Shown one piece after another: positions 56,542 to 64,000 of a DNA stretch of 64,000 nucleotides. The notes beneath the pieces were generated by a model. The model saw only the letters and a program-made list of their open reading frames with translations, searched no databases and was not told the DNA's origin. Source of the stretch: Streptosporangiaceae bacterium (GTDB lineage: Bacteria; Actinomycetota; Actinomycetes; Streptosporangiales; Streptosporangiaceae). The stretch covers positions 5,988 to 69,987 of the forward strand of contig DATCFY010000058.1 of assembly GCA_036509255.1 (NCBI GenBank), given 5' to 3'. The stretch's first letter is position 1. Each line of letters opens with the position of its first letter. Both the position numbers and the translations under genes were made by a program.

Positions 56542-57603
56542 CTACGGGCCGGCTGGTTCCCGCACGGACGCCTCGTGGACGAGGTCGGTCAGCCGGGCCA
56601 GGACGTCGGGGTTGGTCGCCGGCAGCACGCCATGTCCCAGGTTGAAGATGTGGCCCTCCGCGGTCCGGCCCCGGCCGATGACGTCTTTGGCCCGCCGCTC
56701 GATCACGTCCCACGGGGCGAGCAGGATCGCCGGGTCCAGGTTGCCCTGCAGCGCCTTGCCGGGTTCCACCCGGCGGACGGCCTCGTCCAGCGGGACCCGC
56801 CAGTCCACCCCGACTACATCGGCGCCCGCCTCGCCCATCATGCCGAGCAGTTCGCCGGTGGCCACGCCGAAGTGGATCCGCGGCACGCCGGTGTCAGCGA
56901 GAGCCTCCAGGATCCGCTTGCTGTGCGGCAGCACGCCGGTCCGGTAGTCCTCCGGGCTGACCGCACCGGCCCACGAGTCGAACAACTGGATCGCGGACGC
57001 GCCCGCTGCGACCTGGACCCGCAGGAAGCTGATCGTGATGTCGGCCAGCCTGCCGAGCAGCGCGTTCCACAGGCCCGGGTCACCGTACATGAGCGACTTA
57101 GTCAGGTCGTGGCTCTTGGATGGGCCGCCCTCGACCAGGTAGGAGGCCAGCGTGAACGGTCCGCCGGCGAAGCCGATCAGCGGCGTGGGCCCGAGCTCGG
57201 CCACTAGCGCGGTGACCGCCTCGGTGATGAAATCCACATCCCCTGGCTCCAGCGGGCGCAGCCGGGCCAGGTCCCGCTCCCCCCGGATCGGCTCCGCGAT
57301 CACCGGGCCGACGCCCGGCTTGATGTCGATATCCAGGCCGACGGCCCGCAACGGGACCACGATGTCGCTGAACAGGATGGCCGCGTCCACCGGGTACCGG
57401 CTCAGTGGCTGGAGGGTGATCTCGGTAATCACGTCCGGCCGGAAACAGGCCTTGAGCATCGGCATCCCGCCTCGCGCCCGGCGGTATTCCGGCAGTGAGC
57501 GACCGGCCTGGCGCATGTACCAGACGGGCGTGTACGGCACCGGCTGCCGGCGGCAGGCCAGCAGGAACGGAGACTCATCGAGGGGCTTGGGCTGCACGTT
57601 CAC
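56542..57603 (-). CDS. hemE: Uroporphyrinogen decarboxylase
   Basis: [30 protein letters not shown] signature. The ORF extends to 57882, but the family's usual length favours GTG 57603 or 57597. Confidence 0.85.
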   Translation of the reverse strand: MNVQPKPLDESPFLLACRRQPVPYTPVWYMRQAGRSLPEYRRARGGMPMLKACFRPDVITEITLQPLSRYPVDAAILFSDIVVPLRAVGLDIDIKPGVGPVIAEPIRGERDLARLRPLEPGDVDFITEAVTALVAELGPTPLIGFAGGPFTLASYLVEGGPSKSHDLTKSLMYGDPGLWNALLGRLADITISFLRVQVAAGASAIQLFDSWAGAVSPEDYRTGVLPHSKRILEALADTGVPRIHFGVATGELLGMMGEAGADVVGVDWRVPLDEAVRRVEPGKALQGNLDPAILLAPWDVIERRAKDVIGRGRTAEGHIFNLGHGVLPATNPDVLARLTDLVHEASVREPAGP

Positions 57604-57791
57604 ATCTGCGATGCTCTCACAGGACGGGGGCTGAGCCGCAGCATCCGCCCAGGTGACATCGGGACACGCCGCCCGAGATCCACCGATCCGCGTGCTGCCC
57701 ATGCCACGATCGACACCTGCCTGGCACCGCAGCCCAAAACCCCCAGATGGGGACGCCTGCGGCGCCACTGGGTGAGGAGGGTCCCGAGACC

Positions 57792-58001
57792 ATGAACGAG
57801 ATCGACGGCCATTGCGCCGAGTGCGCTGAGACTGGAGCGTTCGCTCAGGTACACCCCGATCCGGGAAGCTGCTGCGACGCATTCGAGGGTATTTGCCCGG
57901 AATGGTACTGCATCGCCTGCGGCGCTGCTGTCCTCATCAGCCTCCTCCCCGCCAGCTGGCCGCCCGTCCGCCCGGCGGAGCTGACCGGGCGCGCCGCGTG
58001 A
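57792..58001 (+). CDS. Candidate small Cys-rich (zinc-ribbon-like) protein, 69 aa
   Basis: [15 protein letters not shown]...[19 protein letters not shown] has CxxC...CC...C...CxxC. GAGGAGGG lies 11 nt upstream. The stop is 6 nt before the DUF3000 ATG. Confidence 0.4.
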   Translation: MNEIDGHCAECAETGAFAQVHPDPGSCCDAFEGICPEWYCIACGAAVLISLLPASWPPVRPAELTGRAA

Positions 58002-58007
58002 CATCGC

Positions 58008-58694
58008 ATGGCGACGACGTACGCTCAGTTTATGAAGCACGTCAGCGGGCCAGTGGCCGCGGGCGACTCGGCCCGGCTCTCGATGCCGCCTGGTGACGAC
58101 GCGGCAGCCGGCTTCGGTGTCATCGTGGCCGCCCTGCTGGCCCAGCGCGACGAGATCGGCGGGCTGCGCCCGGAACTGTTCTTCGAGGACGTCCCGGCCC
58201 CCCGCACCCTCGCCCCGTACGCGAGCGCGATCGCGGTCACCGTCCAGGTTGAGGACGACGACATCGCCAGCGGCAGGCTGATCCTGCTCTACGACCCTGC
58301 AGGCCAGAAAGGCTGGGCCGGGCCCCTCCGCGTTATCGCCTACATCCGCGCAGACCTGGACCCGGACATCGCCGAGGACCCGCTCATCGGGCAGGTGGGC
58401 TGGACCTGGCTGACCGAGGCGCTGGGCCACCGCACCGCCGGCTACGCGGAGCCCAGCGGAACCGTGACCACAGTCGTCACCGAGGGCTTCGGGGCCAAGG
58501 AGTCCGAGCCCGCGGTCACCGGGTTCGAGCTGCGCGCGTCCTGGTCGCCCGCGGCGCCGGACACGACCCCCGGCCCGGAGATCCTGGATGGGCACCTGAC
58601 CGCGTGGTGCGACGCGCTCTGCGCGGCGGCCGGGCTCCCGCCCCTGGCGGAAGGCGTGACCGCGCTGCCGCCGAGTAGCCGGCGGCTCCGGTAA
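58008..58694 (+). CDS. DUF3000-family protein
   Basis: RPELFFEDVPAPRTLAPYASAIAV...GRLILLYDPAGQKGWAGPLRVIAYIRADLD, in the conserved actinobacterial position between hemE and rnd. Confidence 0.8.
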   Translation: MATTYAQFMKHVSGPVAAGDSARLSMPPGDDAAAGFGVIVAALLAQRDEIGGLRPELFFEDVPAPRTLAPYASAIAVTVQVEDDDIASGRLILLYDPAGQKGWAGPLRVIAYIRADLDPDIAEDPLIGQVGWTWLTEALGHRTAGYAEPSGTVTTVVTEGFGAKESEPAVTGFELRASWSPAAPDTTPGPEILDGHLTAWCDALCAAAGLPPLAEGVTALPPSSRRLR

Positions 58695-60028
58695 TGGCCC
58701 AGGAAGACCAGCCGCCGGCCCCGGGGCCGGCGGACACCAGCGACCCGGCCAGCCCGGACGCGGCGGCCGGCGAGACGGACGCGGCCGCCGCTGCCCAGCC
58801 ACCGGAACGACCACCAGCTGTCCCGCTGCTGGAGCCCCGTGACGGCTTGCCGCCACTGGTGACGTCCGCCGGTGCACTGCACGAAGCCGTCCGCGCGCTG
58901 GGCGCGGGCGAGGGGCCGGTGGCCGTGGACGCCGAGCGGGCGTCCGGTTTCCGGTACGGGCACCGGGCCTTCCTGGTCCAGCTGCGCCGCCGTGGCGCCG
59001 GGACGGTGCTGATCGACCCGGTCGCCTGCCCGGACCTGTCGGAGCTGGACGAGGTCCTGGCCGATACCGAAGCGGTGCTGCACGCTGCGTCCCAGGACCT
59101 GCCGTGCCTGGCGGATCTGGGCTACCGGCCGCGCCAGCTGTTCGACACCGAGCTCGCGGGGCGGCTCCTCGGCTACCCCCGGGTGGGGCTGGGCCCGCTG
59201 GTCGAGAATGTGCTCGGCCTGGCCCTGGAGAAGGGGTACGCGGCCGCGGACTGGTCGACCCGGCCCCTGCCCGAGGACTGGCTGCGGTACGCCGCCCTCG
59301 ACGTCGAGGTCCTGGTGGACCTGCGGGACGCGCTGGCCGAACAGCTGGTGGCCCAGGACAAGGACGAGTGGGGTCGGCAGGAGTTCACGGCCGTGCTCAA
59401 CGCCGGGCCGCCCGCGCCGCGGGCCGAACCCTGGCGCCGCACGTCCGGCATCCATCGTGTGCGTACCCGGCGCGGCCTGGCCATCGTCCGGGAAATGTGG
59501 CTGGAGCGCGACCGGATCGCCCAGCGGCGTGACCTGTCACCGGGCCGGGTACTGCCGGACTCCGCCATCGTGGAGGCGGCACGCGCGGCCCCGGCCACGG
59601 CCGCCGCGCTGGCCGGGGCGCCCGGGTTCAAGGGCCGCGGGGCCAAGCGGCACGCCCAGGAGTGGTTCGCCGCCATCCGCCGCGCGCACGCGGAGGCAGA
59701 CCAGGCTCTTCCGCGGCCCTCCGCCCAGGTGTCGGAAGGACCCCCGCCTGCGCACCGCTGGCACGAGCGCGACCCCGAGGCGGCCCGGCGGCTGGCCGCC
59801 GTGCGGGCGGTCATCGCCGCCCTTTCCGACGAGCACTCGGTGCCGGCCGAGAACCTGCTCCAGCCCGACTCGGTGCGCAGGCTCGCCTGGCAGCCCCCGG
59901 ACCCGGTGACCGCGGAGGCGGTGACGGCCGGCCTGTCGGGCTACGGGGCCCGGCCGTGGCAGGTCCAGCTCACCTCGGCGCCGATCGCGGGCGCCCTGCT
60001 CCGCCTGGCCGAGAAGGGCGACGAGTAA
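58694..60028 (+). CDS. rnd: Ribonuclease D (DEDD 3'-5' exonuclease plus HRDC)
   Basis: VAVDAERASGFRYGHRAFLVQL, HAASQDLPCL and YAALDVEVL exonuclease motifs. Confidence 0.85.
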   Translation: MAQEDQPPAPGPADTSDPASPDAAAGETDAAAAAQPPERPPAVPLLEPRDGLPPLVTSAGALHEAVRALGAGEGPVAVDAERASGFRYGHRAFLVQLRRRGAGTVLIDPVACPDLSELDEVLADTEAVLHAASQDLPCLADLGYRPRQLFDTELAGRLLGYPRVGLGPLVENVLGLALEKGYAAADWSTRPLPEDWLRYAALDVEVLVDLRDALAEQLVAQDKDEWGRQEFTAVLNAGPPAPRAEPWRRTSGIHRVRTRRGLAIVREMWLERDRIAQRRDLSPGRVLPDSAIVEAARAAPATAAALAGAPGFKGRGAKRHAQEWFAAIRRAHAEADQALPRPSAQVSEGPPPAHRWHERDPEAARRLAAVRAVIAALSDEHSVPAENLLQPDSVRRLAWQPPDPVTAEAVTAGLSGYGARPWQVQLTSAPIAGALLRLAEKGDE

Positions 60029-60085
60029 GGCCTCTGGCCGCGAGGACGGCTACCGGATCGGGAGCCCGGAGCGCAGACTGGTGGG

Positions 60086-61201
60086 ATGGGCCAGGACGGC
60101 TTGCCCCGCCGCGAGCTTCCCGCCTGGCGGCCCGGACGCCCCTCGCTCAGGGTGCGGCTCGCCGCCGTGGCCGTGTGCCTGCTGGCCGCCGGCGCGGGGA
60201 TCATCGTCGTAGCGGGCAGCCTGGCCGCCCGAGACCAGCTGACGCGGCAGGCCGGGCAGCTGCTGCGCGGCTACGCGGGCCAGCTGGCCGGCCATCCGTT
60301 CCTGCTCACGCCGCTATCCCGGACCGCACCAGGGCCTGCCGGGCTCAGCCTGGCCGCAGCCGGGGCCGGCGCGCTGAGCATCGCGGTGCGTGACTCCGGT
60401 GGCCAGCTGGTGATGCGGACGGCGCCGGGCATCCCGGCTGGGCAGGCGGGGACGGTGCAGCCCGGCCGCGCCGGCTACCTGGCCATCGCCGAGCCGATCC
60501 ATTACCGGGCGCACCGTATCCCGTACGCCTACTCCGCGGAAGACTTCGTCCTCGACGTCAGCCCGGCCGGACCCGGGTCACCGGGCACCCTCGTGGTGAG
60601 CCTCAGCCTGGCCCGGATCGGCCACGCCACCGGCCACCTGAGGGCCGTCATGCTGGCCGTGAGCGGCCTGGTGGTGCTGGCTGCCGGGGGCCTGGCCGCC
60701 TGGATGATCAGCGCCATGCTCTGGCCGCTTACCTGGCTGGGGCACCGGGCCGAGGCCATCGCCGCCGGCCGGGCACCCACCGCGGGGCCACCGGCCAGCA
60801 GCCTCCCCGGAGGCCCACCGCGGGGCTGCTGGGCCGTAGCCCCCGCGCTGACGGTCCTGCTGACCCAGCTCGAGCGGGCCGGTGACGCGGCCGCCGGGCC
60901 CGGCCCGCCTGGCGACCTGGCCGGCGGGGCCGCCCTGGCCTCCCGCCGGGTCACCGAGCGGCGGCGGCAGGCCATCGTGGACACCAGCCGCGAGCTGCGC
61001 AAGCTGGTCAGCGTCCTGGCTGGTCTGACCGAGTACTACCGGCTTCACGACGAGCCTGGCCCCGGCGGTTCCGACCGGCTGCTGGACCGGGTCGCGGAGG
61101 AGACCGCGCGGATCGACGCGCTCATCCAGACTCTGGAGGGCACCGTCCAGGATGAGCCCGGGTCTCCGGGGCACCGCGAAAATGTCGGCAGGAGTGCGTA
61201 A
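60086..61201 (+). CDS. Membrane protein resembling the sensor, TM and DHp part of a histidine kinase, lacking both the phospho-acceptor His and the ATPase domain
   Basis: Two TM helices flank an extracytoplasmic segment. The H-box-like IVDTSRELRKLV has Arg (codon 60989-60991) where His is expected. The protein ends about 70 aa later with no HATPase_c domain. Confidence 0.6.
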   Translation: MGQDGLPRRELPAWRPGRPSLRVRLAAVAVCLLAAGAGIIVVAGSLAARDQLTRQAGQLLRGYAGQLAGHPFLLTPLSRTAPGPAGLSLAAAGAGALSIAVRDSGGQLVMRTAPGIPAGQAGTVQPGRAGYLAIAEPIHYRAHRIPYAYSAEDFVLDVSPAGPGSPGTLVVSLSLARIGHATGHLRAVMLAVSGLVVLAAGGLAAWMISAMLWPLTWLGHRAEAIAAGRAPTAGPPASSLPGGPPRGCWAVAPALTVLLTQLERAGDAAAGPGPPGDLAGGAALASRRVTERRRQAIVDTSRELRKLVSVLAGLTEYYRLHDEPGPGGSDRLLDRVAEETARIDALIQTLEGTVQDEPGSPGHRENVGRSA

Positions 61202-61275
61202 TCTCAAGGACGCGTGAACGGGCCGGGCACGGCCGGCCCGGCCCCGGGCGGAGCGGGCAGAAGGCGGATGCGACG

Positions 61276-61839
61276 ATGACCGAACTGGCCTGGGCCACGC
61301 TGAGCTCACCGGTCGGGCCGCTCGCGGTGGGCTGCACCCCGGCGGGTGTGGCCCAGCTGTACTTCAGGGCGCCCGGCGGCGCCAGCCGGCGCGAGACGGC
61401 CCAGGCCAGCGCCGGGCAGGGCGGTACTGGCCAGGCCAGCACCGGGCTGCTGAGCGCGGCCCGTGACCAGCTGGCGGAGTACTTTGCCGGGCAGCGCCGG
61501 CACTTCGACCTGCCGCTGGACTGGTCCGGCTGTTCCCGGGCCCAGCACCAGGTGCTGTCGGTGCTCTACGACTCGGTCGGCTACGGGGAGACGGCCACGT
61601 ACGGGGACCTGGCGCAGCGCGCCGTCGCCGGGCCAGACGGGATCTCACTCCCGGCGCGGGCCATCGGGCGGATCATGGGCTCGAACCCGCTGCCGCTGAT
61701 CGTGCCCTGCCACCGGGTGGTCGCGGGCAACGGGCTGGGTGGCTACAGCGGCGGCACCGGCATCGAGATCAAGCGGTGGCTGCTGATCTTCGAAGGGGCT
61801 CTGCCGGCCACCCTGGACTGGAGCCCTGCGGGCGCCTGA
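61276..61839 (+). CDS. ogt: Methylated-DNA--protein-cysteine methyltransferase
   Basis: Active site IVPCHRVV, preceded by TYGDLA. Confidence 0.85.
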   Translation: MTELAWATLSSPVGPLAVGCTPAGVAQLYFRAPGGASRRETAQASAGQGGTGQASTGLLSAARDQLAEYFAGQRRHFDLPLDWSGCSRAQHQVLSVLYDSVGYGETATYGDLAQRAVAGPDGISLPARAIGRIMGSNPLPLIVPCHRVVAGNGLGGYSGGTGIEIKRWLLIFEGALPATLDWSPAGA

Positions 61840-61865
61840 GCTGGGCGGACCGGGTGCCGGCCGCC

Positions 61866-62789
61866 TCAGCTGCCTGTCAGGTGATGCTCCTCCAGGGACG
61901 CCAGCGCGTTCCACCCGACGTGCAGCACCCAGAACCCGCCCAGCGGCAGCGGCTGGCTCTCGCGGGCCTTCGCGCCGAGCACCGCGCAGGCCTCCTCCAG
62001 GATCACGGAGAGGTTTTCCCGGTGCCCGCAGATCACCGCGGGCAGGCCGGCGCCCAGGACCTCGTCCACCCGGCGGCGGGCGTCCGCCGCGCTGCCCAGC
62101 CCCACAGTGAACGCGGCGTCGGTCTGCACGGGCTGCCTGGTCACGTCCGCGTAGGCCTGCACGGTGGCGGCGCAGCGCTCGGCGGCCGAGCTGAGCACCC
62201 GGGCCGTCCCGTAGCACCGGAGCAGCGGTGCCAGCTCCTCTTTCTGCTGGCGGCCCACCGGGTCGAGCGGACGCTTCAGGTCGTCGTCATGATCCGCCGC
62301 CCGCCACTGATCCTTGCTGCCCGCCGATGCGTGGCGAACCAGGATCAAAGGCTGCGTGTCAGGCGGGCCGACCGCGAACTCGTCCAGGACACCGATGTCG
62401 TGCGGGTAGCTCAGCCGGTCCCGGGCCTCCGGTACCGCCAGCCAGCCGACCTCGTCCACTTCATCGTTCGGCACGAACCCGGGCTGCGGCCCGTCCGCGG
62501 CTCTGGCCGCCCAGTAATCCACCGTTTTCGGCCGGTTGCCGTGCTGCTGGTAGTGCGTGGACGGCAGGCGCCGCCCCAGGGTCACCCGGACCCCCGTCTC
62601 CTCGGCCACCTCCCGCACCGCGGTCAGCAGGACATGCTCGCCGGGCAGGGCCTTGCCCTTGGGCAAGCTCCAGTCGTCGTACCGGCTGCGGTGGACCAGC
62701 GCAACCTCAGGCCCAGTGGCTCCGGGCCGCCAGAGCACAGCGCCGGCGGCCCGGATCTCGGTCTCTCCAGACTCCCCGCCCAAGGCCAT
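61866..62789 (-). CDS. NUDIX hydrolase fused to a histidine-phosphatase (SixA-like) domain, MutT1-like
   Basis: NUDIX box GKALPGEHVLLTAVREVAEETGV and C-terminal LILVRHASAGS (RHG motif). ATGA overlap with the ppk stop. The arrangement matches mycobacterial ppk1-mutT1. Confidence 0.8.
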   Translation of the reverse strand: MALGGESGETEIRAAGAVLWRPGATGPEVALVHRSRYDDWSLPKGKALPGEHVLLTAVREVAEETGVRVTLGRRLPSTHYQQHGNRPKTVDYWAARAADGPQPGFVPNDEVDEVGWLAVPEARDRLSYPHDIGVLDEFAVGPPDTQPLILVRHASAGSKDQWRAADHDDDLKRPLDPVGRQQKEELAPLLRCYGTARVLSSAAERCAATVQAYADVTRQPVQTDAAFTVGLGSAADARRRVDEVLGAGLPAVICGHRENLSVILEEACAVLGAKARESQPLPLGGFWVLHVGWNALASLEEHHLTGS

Positions 62790-64000
62790 CAGCCGTCAGT
62801 GGGGTGACCGCGTCGTTCAAGGAGGTACTGCTGCAGGTCTCGCAAGGGCTTCCCTTCGGCGTCGCGGTGGTGCCTGGCCCACGTGCCGTCCCCGGCCAGC
62901 CACCAGGAACTTGTGCCATCGTCCATCGCCAGGTCGATCAGCGCGCGAAGTTCCTGCTGGTGCGCGAGGGTTTTGGCCCGGCACAAGGCCTCCACCCGGC
63001 GGTCCAGGTTGCGGTGCATCAGATCGGCGCTGCCGATCCAGACTTCGCCCTCGTCGTCCTCGGAGGTGCCGAACGCGTAAATCCGCGAGTGCTCCAGGAA
63101 ACGCCCGAGGATACTCCGCACCCGGATGGTCTCGGACAGGCCGGGCAGGCCCGGCCGCAGCGCGCAGATACCGCGGGCCCACAGGTCAATCGGCACGCCC
63201 GCCATGGACGCGCGGTAGAGCGCATCGATCACGGCCTCGTCCACGATCGCGTTGCACTTCAGCTGGATCCGCGCCGGGCGGCCCTCCTGCTGCCAGGTCA
63301 TCTGCCGTTCGATCCGTCCCAGCAGCCCAGCCCGCAGGGCGGTCGGGGCCACCAGGAGACGGTGGTAGTCGGTATTCCGGCTGTACCCGGTGAGCACGTT
63401 GAACAGGTCCGTGGCGTCCCCGCCGACCTCGGGGTCCGACGTGAGCAGGCCGTAGTCCTCGTAGAGCCGCGCGGTGGAGGAGTTGTAGTTGCCCGTGCCG
63501 ATGTGGCAGTAACGCCGCAGCGACCCGTCCGGCTCCTCCCGGACCACGAGCGCCATCTTGCAGTGCGTCTTGAGGTCGACGAACCCGTACACCACGTGGC
63601 AGCCCGCTTCTTCCAGCTTGCGCGCCCAGAGGATGTTCGCGCGCTCGTCGAAGCGGGCCTTGAGCTCGACCACCACCACCACCTGCTTGCCCGCCTCGGC
63701 CGCGTCGATCAGCGCCTCGACGATCGGCGAGGAGTCGCTGGTCCGGTACAGGGTCTGCTTGATGGCCAGGACCCGGGGGTCGGCGGCCGCTTCCACCGTC
63801 AGCCGCTCCACCGTGGCGGTGAACGAGTCGTACGGGTGGTGCACCAGCACGTCCCGCCGGTCCAGGGTGGCGAAGACGTCCGCGTCGTGCGGGAACGCCG
63901 ACTCCGACGGGACGAAGGCTGAGTACTTGAGCCGCCGTATGTCGAGGTCAGCGATGGCGTTCAGGCCGGTGAGGTCGAGCGGCCCGGGCAGGTGGTAGAC
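62789..64000 (-). CDS. ppk: Polyphosphate kinase 1, C-terminal about 400 aa (N-terminus outside the window)
   Basis: [37 protein letters not shown] and GTGNYN. The frame stays open to position 64000 (own translation: [20 protein letters not shown]...). Confidence 0.9.
   Translation of the reverse strand, partial: VYHLPGPLDLTGLNAIADLDIRRLKYSAFVPSESAFPHDADVFATLDRRDVLVHHPYDSFTATVERLTVEAAADPRVLAIKQTLYRTSDSSPIVEALIDAAEAGKQVVVVVELKARFDERANILWARKLEEAGCHVVYGFVDLKTHCKMALVVREEPDGSLRRYCHIGTGNYNSSTARLYEDYGLLTSDPEVGGDATDLFNVLTGYSRNTDYHRLLVAPTALRAGLLGRIERQMTWQQEGRPARIQLKCNAIVDEAVIDALYRASMAGVPIDLWARGICALRPGLPGLSETIRVRSILGRFLEHSRIYAFGTSEDDEGEVWIGSADLMHRNLDRRVEALCRAKTLAHQQELRALIDLAMDDGTSSWWLAGDGTWARHHRDAEGKPLRDLQQYLLERRGHPTDG

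Noticed and set aside
51845-57603. The heme genes hemE and hemY-hemQ are separated by two opposite-strand genes (an antiporter and DUF4349), which could suggest an insertion.
   Set aside because: No repeats, no compositional shift and no mobility genes flank the pair. Such interruptions of the actinobacterial heme cluster are plausible ordinary synteny variation and cannot be judged without comparative data.
1-64000. Search for transposases, integrases, prophage genes, rRNA or tRNA.
   Set aside because: None of the ORF translations shows DDE, tyrosine-recombinase or serine-recombinase motifs. No rRNA-like or tRNA-like sequence was recognisable.

Overview
This is a high-GC (about 70%) chromosomal segment with clear Actinomycetota hallmarks: a mycothiol-dependent DinB-like enzyme, F420/LLM oxidoreductases, an MMPL transporter, hemE-DUF3000-rnd synteny and ppk1-mutT1 synteny. 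It is densely packed with housekeeping and accessory metabolism genes. There is no rRNA, tRNA, CRISPR array, transposase or integrase that I can support. From left to right the window holds: a Dpp/Opp-type ABC importer; a sulfur-scavenging cluster (multi-rhodanese, redoxin, LLM monooxygenase, TauD-like dioxygenase); PadR and its membrane partner; a low-GC patch with an XRE-ImmA fusion; an SDR/HxlR pair; a cytoplasmic S8 subtilase placed divergently from a TPR-CHAT caspase-like protease, followed by an ECF sigma factor and an overlapping partner gene; a Tat-secreted DMFase-like protein; a PLD-family protein; a truncated thiolase followed by phaC, a phasin-like gene and an XRE regulator; a sulfotransferase, AMP-ligase and epimerase; a YtrA-type GntR with ABC exporter; a LAL-type LuxR; a frameshifted valS; msrB; MMPL; heme genes hemQ, hemY and hemE; rnd; ogt; and mutT1-like plus ppk1. 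The most interesting candidate is the CRISPR-less TPR-CHAT / S8 protease / ECF sigma / small partner module at 13.4-19.1 kb. Its gene content parallels the output arm of type III-E CRISPR (Craspase). The other findings are a frameshift in essential valS, a thiolase remnant, several unexplained repeat, operator or structured-RNA candidates, and a degenerate histidine-kinase-like protein. All functional calls rest on motif recognition in the translated ORFs. No database search was run.
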